The notes below the pieces were generated by a model. The model worked only from the letters and a program-made list of their open reading frames with translations, was not told the origin of the DNA and searched no databases. Positions 17,916 through 27,893 of a stretch of 64,000 bases of DNA are shown here, in pieces (position 1 is the stretch's first letter; each line of letters opens with the position of its first letter). The stretch lies in IMG/VR virus record IMGVR_UViG_3300036823_000160, positions 1 to 64,000 of that record; one strand, given 5' to 3'. This DNA comes from a virus. The position numbers and the translations under genes are program-made.

Positions 17916-20854
17916 ACGAGATCGCCCACAGCCCAGACATCGGGGCGGCGATGGGGTTCTTGCGCTCCTGGATCCCAGGAGGGCCGTGGAGCCTTGGCGC
18001 GATCGATCCCGATGATCGCCAGGGCCTTGCTTGGATCACTACCGAGAGCGAGGTCGAGGCCGAACGGTTCCTCGTCGAGCAGTCGGCGCTCCGGCGCGGG
18101 ATCTACTACCAGCCGAACGTGTGCCGAGACGACCTCGGTCCACGCCGTGCGAAGAAGGAGCACGTCGCGGTCGCGCTCTGTCTCCACGCCGATGTGGACC
18201 CGCCGGCTGTCGCGTCCGCGGCCGAGCTTGCCGCGTGGCAGGTGACGACGATGGAGCGGCTCGCCGACGGTGAGCACTGGCGCGCGAGCGAGCTTCCGGC
18301 GCCGACCGCGATCGTGTTCTCTGGCTCCGGCTTCCAGCTGCTATGGCGGCTGGCAGAGCCGGTGCTGCTCTGGTCCGACACGAACGGAAGCACGGAGCAA
18401 GACCCCGCGCTCGTCGACTCGGTCGAGGGCCGCTGCTACTCCATCATCCGGCGCGTGGACCCGTCGCACGTTGGGACGCACAACGTCGATCGGCTTCTCC
18501 GTCTGCCAGGGACGCTCAACTGGCCGAACGAGAAGAAGCGCGCGAACGGGCGCACGATCCCGGAGCTCGCGGCGGTCGAGTGGATCGGCAACGACCACAC
18601 GCTCGAAGCGTTCCCGTACGAGCAGCCGCCCGAGTCAGCCGAGGCAGCTCCACGCTCCGAGGGCGCGGCTGCGCTCGCCCGTGAAGGCCGGGTAGCACCG
18701 GCCGCGCTCGCGGCCGCGCTTCCGCCGTGGCTGCACGAGGCTGTGGTCGAGGGTCCCGAGAAGGGCGCAGACCGGAGCAAGGCCGCGTTCGCGGCCATCT
18801 GCGGGCTGATCCGTTGCGTCGACGACGACACGATCGAGGCGATTCTCGGCGACCCTGCATTCGCCGTGAGCGGGCACTTCCTAGATCAAGCTGACGTCGA
18901 GCGAGCGATCGGTCGCGCGATCGATGCCGCGCACCTGGAAGTGGACGTAAAGATTGCACAAGGGCGACGGCTACTGGAGGCCATGCAGCGCGAGCTCGCC
19001 CGGCGCGCGCCGGTCCTCGCGGTCCCGGTCACGCCCCCTCCGGCGCCCTCGCCTCCGCCACTGGTTCTGGAACTCGAGGTCGCGCCTCCGAACCCGCTCG
19101 CGTTCGTGTTGCCCTCGCCGAGCGAGCCCGCGTCCACAGGCGCTCCTTCGATCCCGACGACGATCGAGTTCGAGGCCGCGCTGCGATCCGTTCAACGTCG
19201 CCTGAGTCGCCGTGTGGATCCCGATGCGATCCAGGACGCCGAGTTGCTGAAGCGCGTTCTGGAAGGCGAGTTCCTGACGGCGGCAACGGACGCCGAGGAC
19301 GATCGACAGGGCACGCTAGCGCGCGCCGTGCTCGCAGTCGCGCGCGCGGCTCCTCCGGGGGCGACCTCGGACCAGATCCATCGCCAGCTTCTCGCCAGCT
19401 CAGGAGCACTTGCGTGTGATCTGCCGGAGGTGATCCAAGAGGCTCTCGTGGTCGCCATCGAGCTCGGCCCGATTGGTCTGCCGGTTCGAAAGGAATCCGC
19501 GACCCTCGCGGCGCGCGCGAGCGATCCCGATGATTTCGACATCGAGCTGAGCGGTCCGCGTGCGGGGCGCCCCGCGAGCGCGAACCAGCGCAACGTGCGC
19601 CTCGCACTGCGCAAGCTCGGCGTCGAGCTCCGCTACAACGACTTCGCGCGCCAGGAGGAGATCGTTCGCGGCGGTCGCGTCGATGTCGTCGAAGATCCGC
19701 ACGTGAAGGCGTTGCGCGCTGAGATGGAGTCCGCGCACGACTTCCGTCCCGGCAAGGACGACCTGTTCGACATGTGCGAGGTGATCGCGCGCGAGAATGC
19801 GTATCACCCTATCCGCGACTACCTGGCGTCGCTCCCCGAGGACGCGCCCGCTGGATCGCCCGCGAAGTTGACCGAGCGCTGGCTGATCGACTGTGCCGGC
19901 GCCGAGGACACCCCATATGTGCGCGCGGTCTCGCGCCTCGTGCTGGTCGCCGCGGTGCGGCGCGTGCGCCATCCGGGATGCAAGTTCGATGAGATGCTGG
20001 TCCTGGAGACGCCAATCCAGGGCAAGGACAAGTCCAAGGCTCTCGCCGCGCTCGCGGTTCGCGACGAGTGGTTCACCGACGATTTCAACTTCAAGAACGT
20101 CGACGACACCAAGAAGATGATGGAGACCACGACCGGTCGCTGGATCGTCGAGGCCGGCGAGCTAAAGGGCATGAACGAGGGTCGCTACAACGACCTCAAG
20201 GCGTACCTGTCCCGTCGCAAGGACGCCGCACGCGCCGCGTACGGACGAAAAACCACGACGGTGTTTCGCGAGTTCATCATCATCGGAACGACCAACGAGC
20301 AAAAGTACCTGCTCGATCCCACGGGCAACCGTCGAATCTGGCCGGTTCGTGTGGTGCGCTTCGACGTCCTCGCACTGCTCGCGATGCGCGATCAACTGTG
20401 GGCGGAGGCTTCGCGCCTGGAGCTCGAGCACCCCGAGCCGGAGTATATCCGGCTCGATCCCGAGCTCTATGCGGCGGCGGCCGAACAGCAGGCCGCGCGC
20501 GAGGTCGATGATCCGATCCGCGAACGCCTGGATCGGGTCCTCGCCGACATCACCGGGCGGATCCGTGTCGAGGACGCGTGGAAAATCGTTGGCTACGAAG
20601 ACGAGATCCCAAACCGCAGGGACAGCATGGCGATCTCCTCTGCGATGCAGTCGCTCGGGTTCGCACAGAGGCGAATCACGCAGGCTGGGGATCGTGGGAC
20701 CTGGTACCGCCGCGGCGCGACCGAAGAGGAGCGTGACCAGATCCTCGGCTTGACCGGCGGTGCCGCTGCGGGCTGGCGCGTCGGTCCAAAAGCAGGTGTC
20801 TATGGCGCGCGCCGATCCGGCCCATTGTCCGGTCCTGACCGGCGCGCGAACTAG
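17912..20854 (+). CDS. primase-helicase: RepB-like primase domain plus VapE/VirE P-loop domain
   Basis: LHADVD, SGSGFQLLW, DRLLRLPGT; YHPIRDYL, PGCKFD..LVLE..QGKDKS, IGTTN..YL.DPTGNRR.WP. Confidence 0.9.
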   Translation: MNEIAHSPDIGAAMGFLRSWIPGGPWSLGAIDPDDRQGLAWITTESEVEAERFLVEQSALRRGIYYQPNVCRDDLGPRRAKKEHVAVALCLHADVDPPAVASAAELAAWQVTTMERLADGEHWRASELPAPTAIVFSGSGFQLLWRLAEPVLLWSDTNGSTEQDPALVDSVEGRCYSIIRRVDPSHVGTHNVDRLLRLPGTLNWPNEKKRANGRTIPELAAVEWIGNDHTLEAFPYEQPPESAEAAPRSEGAAALAREGRVAPAALAAALPPWLHEAVVEGPEKGADRSKAAFAAICGLIRCVDDDTIEAILGDPAFAVSGHFLDQADVERAIGRAIDAAHLEVDVKIAQGRRLLEAMQRELARRAPVLAVPVTPPPAPSPPPLVLELEVAPPNPLAFVLPSPSEPASTGAPSIPTTIEFEAALRSVQRRLSRRVDPDAIQDAELLKRVLEGEFLTAATDAEDDRQGTLARAVLAVARAAPPGATSDQIHRQLLASSGALACDLPEVIQEALVVAIELGPIGLPVRKESATLAARASDPDDFDIELSGPRAGRPASANQRNVRLALRKLGVELRYNDFARQEEIVRGGRVDVVEDPHVKALRAEMESAHDFRPGKDDLFDMCEVIARENAYHPIRDYLASLPEDAPAGSPAKLTERWLIDCAGAEDTPYVRAVSRLVLVAAVRRVRHPGCKFDEMLVLETPIQGKDKSKALAALAVRDEWFTDDFNFKNVDDTKKMMETTTGRWIVEAGELKGMNEGRYNDLKAYLSRRKDAARAAYGRKTTTVFREFIIIGTTNEQKYLLDPTGNRRIWPVRVVRFDVLALLAMRDQLWAEASRLELEHPEPEYIRLDPELYAAAAEQQAAREVDDPIRERLDRVLADITGRIRVEDAWKIVGYEDEIPNRRDSMAISSAMQSLGFAQRRITQAGDRGTWYRRGATEEERDQILGLTGGAAAGWRVGPKAGVYGARRSGPLSGPDRRAN

Positions 20855-20879
20855 GAAGCGCCGGTTCGAGCGGCAGGTT
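20854..20879 (+). promoter_or_regulatory. ECF-type promoter (GGAAGC-N17-GTT)
   Basis: Motif member; ATG 8 nt downstream. Confidence 0.65.
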
Positions 20880-20887
20880 CGGGTTCC

Positions 20888-21214
20888 ATGCCCGACCTCC
20901 CCGACGACGTAGTCGCGCTAAAGGAGCACATCCGGCGGCTCGAGAGCCGGCTCGAAGAAGCGCTGCGCGAGCGCGCCGAGTCCGATGAGATCCGAACCGC
21001 AGTCGCGGATTCGGCCGCGTCTGCAGCGGGAACGACGGTCCGCGCACTCGACGAACTCGTGGTCCTTCAGATCGTCGTGGACGCGGCCGTCGAATGGCGC
21101 AAGGCCGCCGCGCGCCGCAGCAGCGACGTGAACCAGGTCGAGTTCCGATCCAGGATCGTGAATCTGCGGGCCGTTGTCGACGGCTACCTCGCACGCACCG
21201 CGGTGCGTTCGTGA
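20888..21214 (+). CDS. hypothetical coiled-coil protein
   Basis: ORF after the promoter. Confidence 0.7.
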   Translation: MPDLPDDVVALKEHIRRLESRLEEALRERAESDEIRTAVADSAASAAGTTVRALDELVVLQIVVDAAVEWRKAAARRSSDVNQVEFRSRIVNLRAVVDGYLARTAVRS

Positions 21215-21537
21215 GCCAGCTTGACACGAGCCAGCTCGAGCAGTTCCCGGTCGTGTGGTTGACCAGGGACCTCGTCTTCGGCGTGCTCGACACCGAGGTC
21301 GATGTCTGGTGCGAGCGGCCGGCGCCACGTCATCTCGACGACGGGGACGTGCTCTGGGGGATGCCGCCCGAGGGCGAGCGAGTGGTGTTCGCGGCCGACG
21401 GTGTCGCGGATGACGAACCCGCATGCCTGGGGTCCTTGTCGCTCGAGGACGCCCTGCGGTTCGCAGGGCCGGGCGTGCCCGCGACCTCTCGTGAATGCCT
21501 CCGGGTCGGCCCGGCGCCGGCCAGGACCGCTGCTTGA
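21211..21537 (+). CDS. hypothetical protein
   Basis: Coupled overlaps at both ends. Confidence 0.65.
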   Translation: MSQLDTSQLEQFPVVWLTRDLVFGVLDTEVDVWCERPAPRHLDDGDVLWGMPPEGERVVFAADGVADDEPACLGSLSLEDALRFAGPGVPATSRECLRVGPAPARTAA

Positions 21538-23528
21538 GCGGAGCGACCGAGAACCTCGACGGCTCAAAGAGGGACTGGATCCACGGACCCGCGATCGCGG
21601 AGGGCGAGTGGCGCTACGGGTCCGTCTCGCAGGCGGAGAAGGCCGACGCGAACGGCAACCCGTCGAGCGGGTGCCTGCGTAAGTGGCACTTTGACAAGCG
21701 TAACGGGATCAAGGAAGGCCCGACGCCCGCGACCGAGCGCGGCGAGCGGTGCCACGGCGAGACCGCCCATTTCTTGCGCACCGGTGATCGCTCGCGGTTG
21801 ACCCAGCTCTCGATGGCCGCGATCGGGAACCTCCCCGATCCCGGGCCGGATCTGCTCGTCGAGCACGACATCGTGCCGCGCATGCCGGATGGATCATCTG
21901 GGCTCGCGTTCGCGAAGCTACGCGCTGCCGGGGTCCCGTTCACAGGAGCGATCGATCTCATCCACGCGCGCCCCGAGAACCGCGGTGTGGCCGAGGTTCT
22001 CGAGACGATCGACGAGCCGAACGTGCTCAAGGTCATCGATCACAAGTTCCCGAGCAGTCTAGACAATGCGAAGTGGGGGTTCGATCTCCTCACCCGCACG
22101 ATCCAGATGCCGGGCTACGCCACGTGGGCGTTCCTGGAGTTCCCGGACATCGAGCGCGTTCGGCTGTTCCACAACTACTCGCCGGTTCGCGGCCGAGCTC
22201 GCCTGTCGACCTGCATCGTCGACCGATCCCAGGTCGATCGCGAATGGAAGCGGGTCGAAGTGCTCGCGGTTTCGATGCGTGACGCCGCTCGCGAACATGA
22301 CTCGAACAAGGTCGATGCCAACACGGATGCCTGCCATGCGTTCCACAAGAACTGCCCGGCACTCGAGCACTGCACCGCGCGTGCACGTCACTCCCTCTCG
22401 GCCGCTATCGGGCGCACGGCCGCCGACAGGTTCATCAACCGCCAACGCCTACCCGTGATCCAGACCTCTCTAGGAGCTCCGCAGAACATGTCCTCCCTCA
22501 TCGACCAGCTCAAGGCCAAGTCCGCCGCGCTATCTGCCGCCCCCATTCCTGCACCCGTGCAGGCCGCGCCGGCAGTCGCTTCTCCGTCGACCTCCGTCGA
22601 GGCCGAGGTCGCACGCCTGACCGCAGAGGCGTCAGCGGCGCGCGGCGAAGTCGCGCCAGCGCCGGCTCTCACGCTGAGCGGACCGCAGCCCAGCGCGGAC
22701 GCGATCGCATCCATGGCCGCGGCCCAGTTGCTCGGCCAGATCGAGTCCCTGGGCATCGGGTCCCCAACGCTCGGTGGCGAGCTCGCACGGCTGATCGGGA
22801 TCGCACGCGGTTATCCGGTAGCCATCGGCTACGCGGGCTCCGGCGAACTGGCGGGCCACACGCTCATGGATCCGGCCGTGCTTCCAGCAGCGCTGATCCA
22901 GGTCGAGAACTATGTCGCGGCCAAGAACAAGGCGGCCGCCGAGACTGCCGCTGCCGACGCTGCCAAGGTCACGGCTGCGATCGTCACGCTTCGCGTCGTG
23001 CCTGCAACCGCCCCCGCGGGACCGTCCCCATCCGCGCTGCTGCCCCCCGATGCACCAGCGTCGACGCCGTCGCTGGCTTCGGTCAAGCCCGACGAGGACA
23101 AGACCAAGAACAAGCGCAAGAAGAAGGATGCGCCGGCGCCGGGCGTTCCGGCGAACACGGCGGCGCCGATGGCCACGCCCCAGACGGACGGCGGCAGCGC
23201 GATCGACTTCTACGTCGACTGCGTTCGCGACGGGGTCACGACAACGCCGTTCTGGCCCGTGGTCCATGACGTCATGACGTTCATGACCTCGGACTCGAAC
23301 GCGCCCGACTACCGGTGTGCCGATCCCGATGGCAAGTACGGGTACGCGCGCTGGAAGGGGATCCTGGCTTCGTGCCTGCACGAGGCGCGCTCGAACGGAA
23401 CGATCGTACCGGGCTCGTATTCGTTCGAGACCAACACGATGTCGATGGACATCGCGCAACTCGTCGTCGAAACCATGCGCGTGATCGTCGCCGAGTCTGG
23501 TGGCGCGTTCATCCGGGGGACGCGGTGA
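21534..23528 (+). CDS. PD-(D/E)XK exonuclease (Cas4/RecB/AddB-like) with Ala/Pro-rich C-terminal extension
   Basis: CLRKW, G..CH, GAIDL, VIDHK, Q..GYA and a C-terminal Cys triad; TTG overlaps upstream TGA. Confidence 0.8.
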   Translation: MSGATENLDGSKRDWIHGPAIAEGEWRYGSVSQAEKADANGNPSSGCLRKWHFDKRNGIKEGPTPATERGERCHGETAHFLRTGDRSRLTQLSMAAIGNLPDPGPDLLVEHDIVPRMPDGSSGLAFAKLRAAGVPFTGAIDLIHARPENRGVAEVLETIDEPNVLKVIDHKFPSSLDNAKWGFDLLTRTIQMPGYATWAFLEFPDIERVRLFHNYSPVRGRARLSTCIVDRSQVDREWKRVEVLAVSMRDAAREHDSNKVDANTDACHAFHKNCPALEHCTARARHSLSAAIGRTAADRFINRQRLPVIQTSLGAPQNMSSLIDQLKAKSAALSAAPIPAPVQAAPAVASPSTSVEAEVARLTAEASAARGEVAPAPALTLSGPQPSADAIASMAAAQLLGQIESLGIGSPTLGGELARLIGIARGYPVAIGYAGSGELAGHTLMDPAVLPAALIQVENYVAAKNKAAAETAAADAAKVTAAIVTLRVVPATAPAGPSPSALLPPDAPASTPSLASVKPDEDKTKNKRKKKDAPAPGVPANTAAPMATPQTDGGSAIDFYVDCVRDGVTTTPFWPVVHDVMTFMTSDSNAPDYRCADPDGKYGYARWKGILASCLHEARSNGTIVPGSYSFETNTMSMDIAQLVVETMRVIVAESGGAFIRGTR

Positions 23529-23896
23529 GCCGCCTCGATCACATCGTCGCGCGTCGGCGCGAGGACCCGCGCGCGCCTCGAGTGCAGTACACGCAGTCGA
23601 GCGCGCGCGGCTACCGGTTCTCGGTGAAGAACTGGACCTCGAAGTGGCACAAGCAGGGCTCGTCCTGGGGGCGCACGCGCGTCGCCGACCTCGCCGAGCG
23701 CCGCGCTGGTCGCGCACCCCAGCGCGTGCAGACCCCGAGCCCGAGCGCCGCGAAGATCGGCGCCGCTACCGAGCGCGCGATCGCTCGGATTCGCGCGATG
23801 CCGGCGCCCGAAGGCATGTCCCGCCAGGTCCGGCGCGCGCTCACTCGGCGTGCCGAGACCACCGCGCGCGCCGCCCTGTCTCGGGCGGGGGCGTAG
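23525..23896 (+). CDS. basic hypothetical protein
   Basis: GTGA-coupled ORF. Confidence 0.55.
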   Translation: MSRLDHIVARRREDPRAPRVQYTQSSARGYRFSVKNWTSKWHKQGSSWGRTRVADLAERRAGRAPQRVQTPSPSAAKIGAATERAIARIRAMPAPEGMSRQVRRALTRRAETTARAALSRAGA

Positions 23897-23900
23897 CAAG

Positions 23901-24302
23901 ATGCGGCTCGGCGGCGACAACCAGTTCGACACCTCGGAGCTCGAGCTCGCGGATGTCGACGACCTCGACGGCGCGCTCAACGTTGCGGTCGAGGTACTGG
24001 GGGAATACGGCGTCGAGCCCGATGGGCACACGAGGATCGAGCGACTCGCACGGTTCGTGGCCTTCAACCTGGGAGACGACGTTCGGGTCGTCACTGCGGG
24101 GCTCGTCTCTCTCGCCAAGTTCGAGTGGGAGGCCGAAGATGATTGGGGCGGACAGCCCATGCCGTGCCTGGGCGTGGTCGAGCGCGTCGGCTCGAAGATC
24201 GGCGTGCGCCGGATCGCCCTCCCACTCACGTCGAACGGGGCACGCAAGCTCGCAGCCGCGCTGATTCGCATCGCGCACATCGTCGACAACGACGGGGACT
24301 AG
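23901..24302 (+). CDS. hypothetical protein
   Basis: Coding-like ORF in the operon. Confidence 0.65.
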   Translation: MRLGGDNQFDTSELELADVDDLDGALNVAVEVLGEYGVEPDGHTRIERLARFVAFNLGDDVRVVTAGLVSLAKFEWEAEDDWGGQPMPCLGVVERVGSKIGVRRIALPLTSNGARKLAAALIRIAHIVDNDGD

Positions 24303-24305
24303 CCC

Positions 24306-26255
24306 GTGGCCGACGACTGGCGCCCCATCAACCCGAAGTTCACGAACGGGAACGGGATCCTAGGTCCACGCAGATTGCCCGTCGCATCGTCGCCCGATCT
24401 CACACGCGTTCTCGCACTTCCCAGGCGCGCCCCTGTGCGAGGGGGCACCGCGACCGCTCAGGCGCTCGTGGAGATCGGGATGCAACGCTACTCGCTTGGA
24501 GAGCGGACGTGCGCATGCCGAGCCATCGATCCCGAGCGGGCGCGCGCAGCTGACGAGGAGGGTCGGTCGCCGTGCGTGTCGCGCCTGCTCTGGCTGCAGG
24601 GCTGGCTGCTTCACGAGATCACGGTCGCGAACGGCGTTATCGCGAACGCTGCGGTAGGCGGCGGCAAGGGCCTCGTGAACATCCTGGCGCCGCTCGCACT
24701 CCGTGACTGCCCCGTCTGCCTACTACTGGTCCCGCCTTCCCTCCTCGACCAGATCACGACCGAGTACCAGCTCTACGCCGAGCACTTCCGCGTTCCGGGT
24801 CTCGTTGTTCATCTGCCTGGAAGGCAGACCTGGTCGCGACCGCCTCGCGGCGACGAACCGATGCTGCACGTGGTCGGCTACTCGAAGTTGAGCGGGATCG
24901 ACAACTCGGAGCTCATCGAGCGCCTGCGGCCGGACGCGATCATCGCTGACGAGTGCGACGCGCTCGGGTCGCTCGAGAGCGCCCGCGTCCTTCGCTTCGC
25001 GCGGTTCATGATGGAGAACGAGCGCGTGCGGTTCTGCGGGTGGACGGGCTCGCTCACCGATAGGAAGCTGCTCGAGTTCGCCCATCTCTCGGCGTTCGCG
25101 CTGCGCGAGAACTCGCCGCTCCCTCTGGATCGCGAGGTGACCGAGGACTGGGGCCGGTGCATCGATGACTCGGTGAATCCTGCGCCCGCTGGCGCGTTGG
25201 CCAGGATGCTCGAGCCGAACGAGCATCAGTCGCAGATCCGCCAAGCGTTCCGCCGGCGGCTGTCTCAGACAGCAGGCTTCGTCCTCGTTGAGGGCGAGCA
25301 GGTGATCACGAACTCGAGCGGACGGGTCGAACTGGTCGTACGCGAAAAGGAATCCCCCCTGATCCCGGAGATCGTCGATGACGCGCTCAAGAAGGTCCGG
25401 GACTTCATTCGCCCCGATACCCTCGGCGGCAGCGACCAGGACGAGATCCTCGTGGACCCCCTCGAGCAAGCACGATGCGCGCGCGAGGTCGCGACCGGCG
25501 TGTTCTATCGCTGGATCTTCCCGCGTGGCGAGAAGCGCGAGGTGATCTACGAGTGGTACGAGGCACGGAAATCGTGGAACTCCGAGCTCCGGCACAAGAT
25601 GCTACGTGGCGAGGTCAACCTCGACTCGCCAAAGCTATGCGAGAACGCCGCGCGCCGCGCGTGGGGTGATGCTCCCAAGGACGCGAACCTGCCCGAGTGG
25701 GAGGCAGAGTGCTGGCCGCGCTGGCGCGACATCTCCCCCCAGGTCGAGCCCAAGACCGAGGCGGTCCGACTGCACCCGTTCCTGGCCGAGGACGCGGCGC
25801 GGTGGGGGCTCGAGCACAGCGGCCAAGGCAACGCGGGGATCATCTGGTACACGATGGTCGAGCTGGCGCAGTGGATCGCCGAGCTCTCCGGTCATGCCCT
25901 GCCCGTGCACGGCGGAGGCCCCAACGCCGGCAAGGCGATCGCGCGCGAGGACGGATCACGGACGATCATCGCCTCGATCAAGTCGCACGGTCGCGGTCGC
26001 GACAGGCTCCAGTACTCGTTCGCGCGCCAGCTCCTGGTGAACATGCCGTCATCCGACCGCGTGATCACCCAGTTGCTGGGCCGACTACACCGTCGCGGCC
26101 AGCCCAAGCCGCTGGTGGACACGGAGGCGTATCTGCACACGGACGAGCTCCGGTCCTCCATGCGGCAGGCGCTGCGTCGCGGCGAGTACGTAGAGGAGAT
26201 CACCGGCGAGAAACGGAAGCTTCTGTCTGCCTGGACCGGTGATCTCGACGATTGA
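24306..26255 (+). CDS. SF2 helicase (SNF2-like, divergent)
   Basis: VGGGKG, IIADECD, TGS, QLLGRLHR.GQ. Confidence 0.85.
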   Translation: MADDWRPINPKFTNGNGILGPRRLPVASSPDLTRVLALPRRAPVRGGTATAQALVEIGMQRYSLGERTCACRAIDPERARAADEEGRSPCVSRLLWLQGWLLHEITVANGVIANAAVGGGKGLVNILAPLALRDCPVCLLLVPPSLLDQITTEYQLYAEHFRVPGLVVHLPGRQTWSRPPRGDEPMLHVVGYSKLSGIDNSELIERLRPDAIIADECDALGSLESARVLRFARFMMENERVRFCGWTGSLTDRKLLEFAHLSAFALRENSPLPLDREVTEDWGRCIDDSVNPAPAGALARMLEPNEHQSQIRQAFRRRLSQTAGFVLVEGEQVITNSSGRVELVVREKESPLIPEIVDDALKKVRDFIRPDTLGGSDQDEILVDPLEQARCAREVATGVFYRWIFPRGEKREVIYEWYEARKSWNSELRHKMLRGEVNLDSPKLCENAARRAWGDAPKDANLPEWEAECWPRWRDISPQVEPKTEAVRLHPFLAEDAARWGLEHSGQGNAGIIWYTMVELAQWIAELSGHALPVHGGGPNAGKAIAREDGSRTIIASIKSHGRGRDRLQYSFARQLLVNMPSSDRVITQLLGRLHRRGQPKPLVDTEAYLHTDELRSSMRQALRRGEYVEEITGEKRKLLSAWTGDLDD

Positions 26256-26279
26256 AAGCGACCACGCGAGCTCCGGGTT
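26254..26279 (+). promoter_or_regulatory. ECF-type promoter (GAAAGC-N17-GTT)
   Basis: Motif member; followed by a leader with AGGAG. Confidence 0.7.
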
Positions 26280-26315
26280 CTGGTCTCGCTCTCAACGAGC
26301 AGGAGAACGAAGAAC

Positions 26316-27035
26316 ATGGGTAAGTACGGACACATTCTCAAGGGCATCAAGGACTCCAAGCCGATGGGGGGGTTCATCGACAAGTTCCCCGAAGGTACCT
26401 ACCTCCTAGCGCTCAAGCGCTACGAGCCGGTTCAATCGGCCAAGAGCAAGAACGACTGGCGCATCGAGTCCGAGTGGCTCGTGATCGAGTCGTCGCTTCC
26501 CGAGTTCCTCGGCAAGACGCGCGGCTGGCCATGGTTCATCAACTCGCGGACGAGCGAGCACTCGGCCGAGTACGAGCAGGACCGCGCGAACCAGTTCCTC
26601 AGCGAGGCCATGAAGACGTTCACGTCCGATGGCGACGTCGCGGCACTTGTTGCGTTCGCGCAGCAGGTCTCCGGGCCTGGAGCACCGTTCGATCAGGACT
26701 CGTTCGCCGAGCTCCTGTCCGACGCGTCCCAGCCGCTTCGCGGGATGAAAATCCGCCTCGACGTCACCGAGCGCGCGGCGAAGGATAACCCGGCGAAGAA
26801 GTACCAGAACGCGAAGTGGACCGCGGTCTCGCAAACCCTTACCGAGGTCGCCGCGTACGGCAGTCAGATGGCCATGTTCGAGGCCAAGAACGCGCACCCG
26901 AACGCGCCGAACGCCGCGGCGTCGGCCCCGCGCGCCTCCGGGGTCGCTGCACCTGTTCCGCTCACGCTAGGAACCGCGTCGGCGCCGTTGGCGCTCAGTG
27001 GTGCGCCGACGCTCACGATCCCCGGAGCTCGCTAG
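26316..27035 (+). CDS. hypothetical protein, possible ssDNA-binding protein
   Basis: Strong SD; position in the replication module; P.GTY start and beta-rich pattern. Function is inference. Confidence 0.5.
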   Translation: MGKYGHILKGIKDSKPMGGFIDKFPEGTYLLALKRYEPVQSAKSKNDWRIESEWLVIESSLPEFLGKTRGWPWFINSRTSEHSAEYEQDRANQFLSEAMKTFTSDGDVAALVAFAQQVSGPGAPFDQDSFAELLSDASQPLRGMKIRLDVTERAAKDNPAKKYQNAKWTAVSQTLTEVAAYGSQMAMFEAKNAHPNAPNAAASAPRASGVAAPVPLTLGTASAPLALSGAPTLTIPGAR

Positions 27036-27037
27036 TT

Positions 27038-27430
27038 GTGCTGACCACGATCAGCACCGCGTTGGACATCGCCGCGTTCGTGTTTGTGGCCATGCTGCTC
27101 ACGTTCACGTTGCGGACGCCGTCTGTGCGCTCCGGCCCGATCATCACGATGTTGATGACCGTGATCACCGCCATCGTGATCGGCGCGTTCGCATTGCTTG
27201 CGGGGTGCAGTAACGCGAGCACGAACTCGCCGCTCATCTGGCGGACGCCACTTCCTGATGGCGACCAGGTATGCCGCTGGGACGATTCACGGACACGCGC
27301 CGGCTGCATCGCGGAGGGTCGCGTGTTCCTGTGCGCGCGCACGTCAGGCGCCTTCGTCGACTGCATGGAGGTGGCACGCCCTCTCGAGGATACGCCGGCA
27401 GATGGAAGCGCGAAGGGTGGTCACCCGTGA
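27038..27430 (+). CDS. membrane protein/lipoprotein with Cys-rich domain
   Basis: Two hydrophobic segments, LAGC; domain shared with 27648-27893. Confidence 0.65.
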   Translation: MLTTISTALDIAAFVFVAMLLTFTLRTPSVRSGPIITMLMTVITAIVIGAFALLAGCSNASTNSPLIWRTPLPDGDQVCRWDDSRTRAGCIAEGRVFLCARTSGAFVDCMEVARPLEDTPADGSAKGGHP

Positions 27431-27651
27431 GTGTGCGCGCCGAGTTCCAGACCCACCTCCTGAACGAGCGCGGGCTCGCCGCCGCGAGCGCGATTGGCCA
27501 GGTGTTCTCGGACGCGCTCGACAAGATCGAGGCGCTCGTCCCCTCGGGCCGCGAGCGCGCGCTCGTCACTACCAAGTTGCAGGAGGCGGCTTTCTTTGCC
27601 AAGCGCGCGATCGCGGTCGACCCCGCGAACCAGATCAAGGACGAGTCGTGA
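27427..27651 (+). CDS. Acb2/Tad1-like helical hairpin protein (putative cyclic-nucleotide sponge)
   Basis: PSGRERALVTTKLQEAAFFAKRAIA fits the P..RE.A...TKL.EA....RAIA pattern. Confidence 0.65.
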   Translation: MSVRAEFQTHLLNERGLAAASAIGQVFSDALDKIEALVPSGRERALVTTKLQEAAFFAKRAIAVDPANQIKDES

Positions 27652-27893
27652 TCAAGCTCGTCATCGCCGCAGCCCTCGTGCTGTCCGGGTGCAGGCACGC
27701 CGTGCCGCGCGAGTGGCGCGGCATTCCAGCGGGCCAGCGCTCGTGCTCGTGGCAAGACCACCGGGGTACCTGCGTCACGGACAGTCGCGCGTACCTGTGC
27801 ATCGACGACTGGCAGGAGAACCTGGTCGCGTGCGCGCCGATCGTCTCGCCGCCGTTGCCGCCCCCATCCTCACCACCGGCGGAACAGCCGTGA
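27648..27893 (+). CDS. small Cys-rich lipoprotein
   Basis: MIKLVIAAALVLSG-C lipobox. Confidence 0.7.
   Translation: MIKLVIAAALVLSGCRHAVPREWRGIPAGQRSCSWQDHRGTCVTDSRAYLCIDDWQENLVACAPIVSPPLPPPSSPPAEQP

Noticed and set aside
21534-23528. Cas4-like nuclease as evidence of CRISPR-Cas
   Set aside because: No array or other cas genes; such exonucleases are common in phage replication modules.
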